NCBI RefSeq assembly: GCF_009914755.1
Contig: NC_060939.1
Source: the human T2T-CHM13v2.0 reference genome, Homo sapiens
Length of the DNA: 64,000 nucleotides
Direction: 5' to 3' (one strand)
The stretch's first letter is position 1. Every line of letters begins with the position of its first letter. The notes under the pieces were generated by a model, which ran no database searches, was not told where the DNA came from, and saw nothing but the letters and a program-made list of their open reading frames with translations. The position numbers and the translations under genes were made by a program. Below are positions 52,201 to 64,000 of the stretch, piece by piece.

Positions 52201-55200
52201 TGTGGATCCTGAGGAGAAGCAGGGAAGATTCAGATGGCCAGTCAGGAGGTGGCCCCAGCAGAGGGACTCTTGAGCAACGTACTAGACACACTACGGGGTT
52301 GCTTTGGAAAACACAGAAAAGAAAAAGTTAAAGATTCTTTTAGACCTCTGTTTTTCTCCCCAGAGCAGGAAACATTTGCCAATGTTTTATGATGGAGTGG
52401 AGCTGACTTCCTAATCTGAATGTTTCTCAAGCCCACGATGTTCCCTTTCCCTGTCACTCCTTTTCTGTTGCACCTTATGGGCTCTGATGGGCTCCCAAGG
52501 AGGGGAGGAGCCCAAGACTGTGTGTCTCCACTTCCCATTGCCTCACAGCCTGCGGTGAGAAGTATTCATGCTTCGTTCATGCATTTCCTCACCATGCATT
52601 GAGGGTTCTGTATGGAGTCACAGAGCCAGACACCAATACCCAAAAAGATACACAATGAACATCGCAGCCTTATATGGGCTTAAAGTAGAGGAGGGACCAT
52701 CTTCTCCTTTCCTTTCTTTTCTTTTCTTTCTTTCTCTTGCCTGCCTTTCTTCCTTCCTGTGTGCCTTCTTCCTTCCTTCTTGCTTTCTTTTTTCATTGAT
52801 CCATGCTTTTTATGCACATGAATGAACCAAGCACTGTGACATTTCTACAGAACCATTGAACAAGGCTGGCCACTGGCCTGCTTGCCCAACCAACTTTCCT
52901 TTCCCTACTTCATCCTTTACATGGCAGTGGAAATCTAACTGGGTTTTATGGCTAAAAATCATCTAGTGGCTTGGCTTTCGGGCAAAGCTTCTCATCTACA
53001 GTCTGCACAGTCCTTCCTGGGTGGCCAGCCCCAAGCAGCCTCACCTCCCACACGAGCCACATGGCCCCCTGCAGCTTCTTCCATCTATGGGGTCCATAAC
53101 TTTCCGAGACGTGCACCCTCCACAGCCGAGTTAGCATCTGTGGCTTCTCACTCCTCTGCACCCCAGCATTCCCGGGTGTACCTCAACCACACCACCTAGC
53201 ACTCTGGACTGTGGTCACAGCTGTTGCTTGTCTCCCTGTTAGGGCGTAAGCTACTGTAGGCCAAAGAAGGGCCTAATTCGTCTCTGAGTCCCATGGCCCA
53301 ATAAAACTTAGCTGAGTTCCGTCGACTTGAGACAAGGAGAGTCTGCACTGAGGACCATAAGTGAGGCTAAACAGGAGAGCAGAGGGGAAAAGCAGCGCCC
53401 TGTGTGGCCCACCTTGCCCAGAGGTCCCAGATGGGCTTGTGGCCGAGTGCTGGCGTCCAGCACAACTTCAGAGGAGGGGCGGCCAGGGCACTTGGCCATC
53501 TGGTGCCTGCAGGTCCAACAGCTCCCGGGCTGTTTACAAAACTGGAAATCTCATGTTTGTAATTGCTGACAAGGCTCATTTATCTTTATCCAACCAGCTT
53601 TGAAAGAAGAAGAACTGCAATGGAAGTAATTGAGTGACCAATGCAGCCACAGATCAATGGGGCTTGGCTACTCAAAGCCGGCATCATCTATTACAGGATG
53701 CTTTTTCCAATTGGACCAGAAAAGTATCACGTATGTAGCTCAGCTAGGTTTCAGAGCTATAAAGCTGATAGCAAGCTAGGTTTGTGCCACCTTTTGCAAT
53801 CTTATGAGTGTTTGCGAAACTATTACTAGAATCTGAAAAGAATGATGTCTATACTCTTCCGGGATTTTTAACATGCCCACCTGGTAAAACAATGAGCAGG
53901 ACTTCCACCATTAAAAAAAAAAAAAAATTATTTCAGATGACTCTTAGCTGGACCTTTTCTCCTATCAGGATTTCAGGATTTGGTTTTAAAAAGAAAAATG
54001 GTGATTCTTCAGGTGCTGTATTTATTACTAAAATAATACAAAGCTGTGTTCAGAGTCCTTGCTTTAATCTTCTGTGGGTGGAATCCTAGGATTTGAGAGC
54101 TGAAATTGCCTCCGGCACCGTAGCCTTCAGCCCTCCATCCCGCTCACGTGCACATTTATTTATTCCATGAGTTTCACTCAACCTCAGGACCCTGAAGTCT
54201 ACAGGGTTAAGAACAGAGATAACAGGGTCTCTAGGACCATTCTGCGGTGTGCAAGGGCCTGCCTGGGGCGACTTTGTGTAGCTGCAGTTCTTCTTCCTCA
54301 CCCAATGACAGAGCCTTTTCCTTATTCACAATGCTGGCTTGTGTTGCCAGGGGGCTGGGAGATGGCCCTCCTGGGCTGCGTGAATGGACGTGCCCACCAC
54401 AGGCTCAGGGCAGATGACACATGGCCACAGCTCCACTGCTACAATGAGGAGGCCCCCATCCCACTAGCCGGCACTTGGTGGGACTGTGTGTCACTGGGGG
54501 CTGGGGAGATGTCAGGGTTCTGCAGGCTTCCTACAGAAAATTCTCTCTAGAGAAGATCTTTTCTTAGTAAGTCACATTCAAAGATCCTGCAAACAGGAGG
54601 AGAAGATAAGGCGTGCCAAAAGCTCCAAGAATGTGTGTGTTCCTGGATCAGCACCTCTGCATCAGGAACCCTCCGAAAACTGCGGACAACTCAGCGCCCC
54701 TCATCTTTGAGAGGCGTGGCCAGCAGCTGCTTTGAGTCCTGAGCTGGACCACAGGGGCCCTGGTGTGGGTCGTGGCTAAGCGCAGATGGCTACAGGATGT
54801 GGCTCATTGTCCCACAAGCAAGGGACAACATGCATGGAAGAGTGCGCTCAGGAGGACTTGCTGCACCCATTCCAGGAAGAACGGGCCGTGGAACTGGAAA
54901 TTTTGAGGCAGATTTTTACATGTGGCCTCCCCCACTCTGTCAGGAAACAACTTCAAATGAGTCGGGAGTATATCAATACATAAGCAGGACTGTAGCCATG
55001 CATATCTTTGGCATTAATTACTGCTAGTGGGCTGAAACCTAACGGGCCATGACTGCATAAGTCTCCAGTAAATACACGTGTGCAGATGCTGAATAGTGCA
55101 AGAGGTACCTGGATCACTGTACGTTAGATAAAAGGAAGTGTGTTGTAGAGCCAGGAATTTAAAAGAAAAGTATATACATGCATGAAATAGACATCCTCAC

Positions 55201-56769
55201 TCCCAAATGATGGTGTAGAGAAGGCCTTTAAAAATGACATGCTGTTCAGGTGCATTCTCGTTGGAATGCCTACATCCTTCTCAATTGCCAATTTTTATGC
55301 AGAAGTTCCATGTAAAAGGTCATGTTTTGGAGGATCTATGAAAACAAATGCATTTTTTTTCCTCAGCACAAAGGCAAAGCATAATTTATACTTTTGAATT
55401 TTCAATCTCTGGTTCTTTTCAGAATATGTAACTACTAACAGAAAACAATCTATTCTAGTAGTTCAGATGTCAGATTTAAAAAGACAGCAGGGCAGACCCT
55501 CACTATAGCATGGGAAGCAGGTGGGAGATATTGTACAGGGGGCTGATTTCCAATTTGTTAATCACCGAGTGGCTTACGTTCGTTCCATTCCAGGAGTGAT
55601 TGTACCCTAACCTTGCTACAAGACTCTGTCACCTTCCCTTGGAATACTGGTGCCCAGGAAAACCTTCAATCTGGGTGAAAAGAGTTTAAATAAGCACATT
55701 TCTGTAGCGTCTGTGCTCCAACCCGTACTGAACCCTTATTTAATAGAGTATTTTACATACTTTACACAGACACTGTCATTGTTCAGAGTTGGCCTGGCCT
55801 TTTCACAGTAACTATTTTGGACATGTTTTTGTGTCTTTCTCTTTGGCTGAATTTTTCAGCCATCGAAAGCTCCTTCCATTCCTCCTCCCACCAAGAGCTT
55901 CTCTGTCACAATAAATGGCACCGCTGTTGACCCAGTTTCTCCACCCACAAGCTCAGGAGTCTCCTTGAATGCTCTCTCCCTTCCCCTCCCTTGCCCAACT
56001 CACTGATCCTCAGCAGGCAAGTTGGCACTACAACCAAACGGGCCCCCCACTCTCACCCTCTCTCTCAGCTGATGCTCCGCCACAGACCAGCATCAGCTCT
56101 TCAACAACCATCTCTCTGGTTCTCCATATCATTAAGGATCTTTTTGAAACAATTATCAGTTCAAGTTTCCAAGACCTGAGAGCAGGGTAGGCTGTCAGAA
56201 GCAGAGCTCCAAGGGGTGGCACCCTGCCTGGCAGCTTAACCCCATTAGGGAGAGACTCCCCCAACACACACTGCTCTACTCCCCACATGGGTCCAGAGCT
56301 GCCTTCTCTCACAGCCACTCTTAGCGGTATGTCTCCATCCACATCGCTGATTGTATGGGAGGAGAAAGCTCCACAAGTTACAGGGTTATATTATGCAGGC
56401 ATGTTTCACTTGTAAATTTATAACTTAGCAGAATGTACTTAAGTCACTTGAATTTGCCTATTTAAGAAAAAAATCAATAGTTGTTCTCAAGCACATTGTT
56501 TTTGTGCTTTCAGCAGCATCATAATTGAGTTTGTTTTTAATGCTTGTGCACCACTACCAGCCTGGTTACGTACTCCCAGAAGGGAAAAGAAGATGCTCCA
56601 GCCATCCACGGTTCTAGCAGGACCTCAGGTTCTGCTGATTCACACATCTACTCTCTGACTGGAGGAAGAGGCAGCACTTGCTGTTTTATTTGTTGGAACA
56701 ACACCAAGTCCTGGACATCCATGCTAATTTATTTTCAACTAAGACATGTGTTTCTAAGACTTCTATGAG

Positions 56770-56998
56770 AGAAAGCACAGTATGATGGGAAAGGCTTAGA
56801 CATGGGCAGAGAGAGCAGTGACGACCCCAGTCCGGCCTCTCGCCACCTGAGGGGCATGAGCAAGCCCCTGTCCCACGTGGACACCAGCACCCTTACCTGG
56901 CAATGGTCAACAGGATGCCCAGGAGACCTGCAGGAAACAGCACGTGCTGGGCACTCAGCATCATGCCAGGCAGGGCAGGTACTCAGCGAGTGCTGGTG
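56770..56998 (+). mobile_element. Highly diverged, GC-shifted MIR
   Basis: The tail gggcactcagcatcatgccaggcagggcaggtactcagcgagtg parallels the MIR 3' end. Confidence 0.45.
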
Positions 56999-57172
56999 TC
57001 CGCCAGAGAGTGTAATGGGGCTAAGCAGAGAGTCTGGGCAGGGCAGGTGCTCAGTGTGTGCTGGTGTCCCCCAACAGGTGTAACAGGTCTAAGCACGGAG
57101 TCAGGGCAGGGCAGGTGCTCAGCGAGTGCTGGTTTCCTCCAGCAGGTGTAACAGGGCTAAGCACGGAGTCCT
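56969..57172 (+). repeat. Minisatellite, 3 x 68 bp
   Basis: Units start at 56969, 57037 and 57105 (ggcagggcaggt(a/g)ctcag...gtgtaa...ctaagca..gagtc). Confidence 0.93.
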
Positions 57173-59714
57173 GCCAGAGCATAGCCTATCATCGTCCAGA
57201 GCACTGCCCTTCCCAACTCCGCCGGGCATTTCCTGGCCCCAGGTTGGAAGCAAACACCATCAGCGGCAACTTGCATGAAAAACTATATGGAAAAATCTGC
57301 AGCAAGCACAGACCTGCCTCCCATGCTCCCCCTTTTCCTCATCCAAGGTTTCTCCAGCCCCGCCTACCCACTCCGTGTCCCTCCAATCACAAGCCCTGGG
57401 CCCTGGAGCTCTCTGGCAACCCTCTGTGAGGGTAGAGTGTTTTTGTCCAGCAGATGGAGAGGATTCTCCCAACCTCACAGGAAGGAACCAGGGGATCACC
57501 CACTTCACACGCAGGTACAGTCACTGTCAGTCATGAGCATTTCCTGGAGTCACAGAACACAGCCTCACTGGGGTCCCCTGCGCTGCTGCCTCCCTTCACC
57601 TCTTCACCTCCCTGGTGAAGCGTGGCACCCCCGCCTCCTTTGAGGAGCAGCTGCTGGTGAGCGGAAAGGCTTTGATCTAAAGGGCTGGCTCTGAAAGATG
57701 GAATTTCAGCCTTTGCAGAAGTAAAATGTGGGTCAACAGGAATTGGGCCTCAGATGCTGGACATCAGAGTCCTCAAGAATCCCCTGCAATGCCCCATCTT
57801 CTTGCTAGTTACCTGTGTGTATGGCAATCCCTGGAGGCAAAGGGGGCTGATTTTATAGAGCACAAACCGTACCCTCCAGACACAGAGAAGAAATTTAGAA
57901 TTGATGTTGGCTGTGCTAGACCTTGACCTTAAGGGAAGGAAAACCAAGGTCTGTGAAACGGTTTATGGGAAGAACAGACCCAGCTCTGTTCCAGTTCATG
58001 GGCGGCAGGCGTGTTCAGAAACACAGCAGGCAGAGGCTCCATTCACATTAACGGAGACTATTATTGCTGTGTGGCAGGGGTCTCACAGAAACACTCTGGA
58101 TGATGGCATTGCAGCTTAAGTGTCTAGGACAAAAATGAATAGTATAAGTTTAATTTGTTACGTTTAGCCTGTGGACAGGTAGTGTTTAGAATAAGATTAC
58201 TCTGAAGCTGGATGAAAACGTCTATCAGCAGCAGACAGAACCAGGTTCACTAAGATGCACCCAAGGAGGATGAGCTGCAGAGAGACTGGAGGGCGAGGAG
58301 TAACGGGAAACACAGGAGCACCCTGGGGGCTCCATGTTTCCTGAAGGGCCTGGAGAAGCTGGAGAGGGCTCCCATGTTGGCCACGCTAGAGTCTTTCCTG
58401 AGTCCTGGCCCTGGCCTGCCTGCAATGGCTCTGCTGGGAAGCCAGCCAGGAAGCACTCTACCCGGGAGCTGACCTGAGACAGCAGCCTGGCGCCAGGACA
58501 GGGAGGGCATGTGAGCAGCAGGTGTGCAGGCACCAGGGTGTGCAGGGTGGGCAAGAGGGTTACGTGTGACATGCCGTCGCTAGGCAAGCACTGATAAGCA
58601 AAGAGCAAACATTTTGATTTAAATTATTTATTAGTCAGGTTAAGAAAAGAAGATGAAAATGTCTTTTAAGATGGGAGGTGGGGTCAGAGGGGAGAGCTTG
58701 GAGGAAGAGGAAGGGCCAGGCTATGACCAATCGTCTTGCTTCCTCTTCTTGGCTCACAGGAGGCTGACCGGAGCTCTTGTGAGCTCGGTTCTGCCTAAGA
58801 GAGGTGGGAATAACAAACATCCAATTTTTTGGTGATACTTTTTCCCCAAAGGTACCAACAAATTCTACCGTAGGAGAGGAGTTTTTGAAAAAGGTAATAT
58901 AATTTTACTTTCAATTTTGTTTTCTATTTTAACATTTTTTGTATAATGACTTATAATTGTTTATATATGAAAAAGTCTTCATTTGCAGGAGGTCATGACC
59001 CAGAGAAAATAACTTCAGAAGACTGAGACATCCTCCGTGAAGGAAGAAGGGGTTATGAAATTATTCTCCTGCTTCCTCGCTCTGACCCTGATGATCAGGA
59101 TTTGTCTAAAGTTATGGAAGTCTTCCTGAACTTTTCTTATTAATTTGAAAAAAAAAAAACTTTCTGTCATTAAACAAATACACAGAAAACACCAGGCCCA
59201 TTGAAGATGCCCGTTAATTAATTATTACACAAACAGTGGGTGTGGGGTTTGGATGCTGATTCCAACATTCAAAATAACACGCAAGGTAACTACATTTTGT
59301 GCCCTTCTTTAGAAATGTTCCGGGTTTTTGGATTTACAAAGCATTTAACAAAGTTAGGCTAGTAAGTACAGAGACACAATGTAGCCATGTAATAGCTTGA
59401 TTTGAAAAGGCCTTAAAGAATTCCATTTAGAATATGGTTTCCTTGAGCACAACCCAGATGGGCTGTTACATAAAGAGAGAGACCAGCTGCAGGTTGAGAG
59501 ATCTGCATCACAATTGGATCTTAAGAAAGCCAAACAATGTTTTTCATTAAACAAGAGAGCTCTTAATAAGTAGCTTTTAAAAACATGATTATTCTCATTA
59601 TTCAACAGAATGGAAGCCACTTTCTTTGCAATCGTCAGGCAAACTCCAGAGGAACAGGGGAGACGATCGCTTCTGCATTTGCAAAGATGGACCAAGCTGC
59701 CCCACGGACATTAT

Positions 59715-60497
<783 letters not shown>

Positions 60498-61188
60498 TCA
60501 TACAAGGTATCTTACCCAGCCACATGGAGTTAAATTAGATATTAATAGCAGAAAAATCCCTGGACAATGCCCAAATATTTGGAAAGTAAATAATGCATTT
60601 CTAAATAACCTGTAGATCAAAAATGAAGCCAAAAGGAAACTAGAAATTTTGTTTTCTGAACTAAATGAAAATGAAAACACAACTTATCAGAATTTGTACG
60701 ATTGTACTAAAGCGTTGCCGAGGTAGAAATCAGTAACACTAAACATCTATATTGAAAAAGTGTCATATCAATGACTTCAGCTTCCATCTGAAAAAACTGG
60801 AAAAAAGGAGAAGAAAAAAAGTAAGTAAGCAGAAAAAAGAAAATAACAAGATCAAAGGAGAAATCAATGAAATTTAAAAAAACACAGAATGAAATCGAAG
60901 GCATTTGTTTTTGTTTTCAGAAAATGAATAAAATTGATAAACTTCTATCAAGAATGATCAGAAAAAAATACAGAAGACACAAATTATCAACATCAGGAAT
61001 GACAGAGGTGGCAGTACTACAGATTATACAGATATTAAAAGGATAATAAGTAAATAATATGAACTATTTCATGTGAACAAATGTGACAACACATACAATG
61101 AACAAATTCCTTGAAGATACAAGTTATCAAAGTTCACCCAAGAATAAAGAGATAACAGGAATAGCCCTGTTACTATTTAAGAAGTTGA

Positions 61189-61478
61189 GGCCAGGCATGG
61201 TGGCTCATATCTGTAATCTCAGCACTTTGGGAGGCCGAGGTGGACAGATTGCTTGAACCCAAGAGTTCAAGACCAGCCTGGGCAACATGGTAAAACCCTA
61301 TCTCTACCAAAAAAAAAAAAAAAATTAGCCAGGTGTGGTGGTACATGCCTGTAGTCTCAGTTACTCAGGAGGCTGAAGTGGGAAGATTGCTTGAGGCTGG
61401 GAGGTCCAGGCTGCAGGAACCAAGACTGCATCACTGTACTCCAGCCTAGGCAACAGAGTGAGACCCTACCTCGAAAAA
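61189..61478 (+). mobile_element. AluJ
   Basis: gattgcttgaacccaagagttcaagaccagcctgggcaacat and gagtgagaccct. Confidence 0.93.
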
Positions 61479-61789
61479 CAATTTTTTTTGAAATCATAAT
61501 GCAAAACCTTCCCACAAGGAAAACCCCAGACCTCAGGGTTTGACTGGTGAATTGTACCAAACATATAAGGTTGAAATTATAGTAATTTTACACAAACTCT
61601 TCCTGAAAACTGAATAAAAGAGAATCCTTCCCAACTCATTAAATGAGGCCATAATTACCCTACTATGAAAACCAAAGACATTACAAGAAAAGGAAACTAC
61701 AGAACAATCTCTTATAAACATAGTTGTAAAATATATTTTTAAAACTTTAGCAAATCTAATCCAAGAATATATTAGAAGAATAGCAATAT

Positions 61790-62098
<309 letters not shown>

Positions 62099-64000
62099 TC
62101 ATGATCAAGTGAAGTTTATCCAGAAATGCAAGGATGATTTAACATCTGACAGGCAAGCAATGTAATTCACTACATTAACAAACTAAAAAAATATATATTT
62201 TTAATAGACACATAGAAGGCATTTGAAAAACTCAACACCCATTCATAATAAAAAGTCTCTGCATACCAGGAATAAACAAGCAATTTCTTAACTTGGAAAA
62301 GAATATCTAAATTATTCTTTAGAATAATTTATTCTTTACACAGTTACATCATATTTAATGGTGAAAGTATTTGTGCTTCCTGGCTACCATCAGGAATAAG
62401 ACAAGAGATCCACTCTCAACATTTCTATTAAACATTTTATTGGGTGTAAATAGCCAATGCATTTTACTGGAAAGTATAACCAATGCAATTAGGCAAGAAA
62501 AAAAGTAGTGACATATAGATTAGAAAGGATGAAAGAAATCTCTATTTAGCTATATAGTAAATTTGATGTAATCTACAAAAAGACTACTAGACCTAGTAAG
62601 TGTAGTAAGGCTGCAGGATATAAGATCCATACGTATACATCTATTATATTTCTATATAATAGCAATGAAGATCAGGAATTAGAATTTTTAAAAATAACTT
62701 TTATAATACCATCAAAAATATAAAGTACTTAGAAACAAAGTTGACAAAATATGTGAAAGACTTGTACACTGAAAACAACACAATATTGCTGAAAGAAATA
62801 AAAGAAGGTTAAAAAAATGGAGAAACATACCTTGTTCATGGCAGGAAGACTTACTAGTGTCAAGCAGCTAATTCTCCCCCTCTCTCTATTTGTTCTATAG
62901 ATTCAAAGAAATCCCAATAAAATCACAGCAAGCTATTTGTACAGGTTGACATACTGATTTTAAAATTCATATGGAAATGCAGGGACCCCAGAATAGCCAA
63001 AACAACACCAAAAAAACCTGAAAGAACAAATATAAAGAAATGATACTACCTGCTTTTAATAATCATTATAAAGCTACAGTAATGAAACAGTGTAAATATA
63101 GGCCAATAAGAGTTTAGAAATAAACTCACATACATAACTAATTCTTTTACAAAGATGCAAAAAGCAAAAATAATCATTTTCTACAAATGCTTCTGGAACA
63201 ACTGGACACCCAAATACCCCTCCCACACCCAAAATAAACTTGAATCCATACTTCACAGCATATACAAAAGTTAACTCAGGAGGGATCACAGACCTCAATG
63301 TAAAACCTAGAACTCTAAAATGTATAAAAGAAAACACAGAAGAAAATCTTTTTGACCCCAGGTTGCTTAGGTACAACACTAAAAAACACAATACATGAAA
63401 AACAAGTGGATTAAATGGACTTCATCAAAGTTAAATACCTCTCCTCCTCAAAAGACACTGTTAAAAAGAATGAACAGACAAGCCACAGACTGGGAGAATA
63501 TATTTGCAAAGTATCTATCTTATAAAGGATTTGCATCTAGAGCATATAAAGGACTCTGAAAATTCAATAATAAACAAAACTCAAAAATTGAGAAGATATT
63601 TGAACAAGACACTTTATCAAAGGAGAAATACAAATGAAAAATATGCACATAAAAAGATGCCCAACATCACTACTTAGCAGGAAACCCTAAGTTTAAACCA
63701 CGACGAGACAAAATAATCCAGCAACCCCACTTCGGCATATATACCCAAAGAATTAAAAACAGGTCTTGAAGAGTTATTTGTACACTCATCTTCATAGCAG
63801 CATGATTCAAAATAGCCAAAAGGTGGAAGCAACCCAGTATCCGTTGACAGATAAATAGATAAATTGTGGTATATCTACACAATGGAATATTATTCATCCT
63901 TAAAAAGAAAGAAAATTCTCACACATGCTACAACGTGGATGGGCCTTGAGGACACTGGCGACATAAGGCTGACTGAAATAAGCCCATCACGAAATGACAA

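Noticed and set aside
53580-54060. Repeat-free stretch as a possible conserved non-coding element
   Set aside because: Conservation cannot be judged from one sequence and there is no distinctive structure.

Overview
This is human or close-primate genomic DNA, dense in Alu, L1, MIR/L2 and LTR elements, not prokaryotic sequence. The only protein-coding sequence I can support is the terminal exon of OCA2 (melanosomal P protein, 15q12-q13.1) on the minus strand. Its acceptor AG is at 15857-15858, followed by 85 coding nt (15856-15772, (R)[27 protein letters not shown]) and a 3'UTR with AATAAA at 15275-15280. Everything to the right is the long last intron of OCA2, and everything to the left is 3' flank. 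Nearly all ORF-track entries are spurious or derive from repeats. I found no convincing new gene system. The most unusual region is about 24.0-32.1 kb. It holds a 314-bp, ~93% identical inverted duplication whose derived arm sits inside an old LTR, a MER41B with both tandem GAS (STAT) motifs intact, an apparently L1-retroposed ERV9 env-LTR12 fragment with an A-rich tail, and an intronic CpG island split by a ~570-bp polypyrimidine VNTR. Elsewhere there is a 116-bp near-perfect palindrome (42166-42281) and several short insertions copied from nearby sequence. Repeat subfamily names come from recalled consensus similarity and need RepeatMasker/Dfam confirmation; boundaries of old repeats are approximate.
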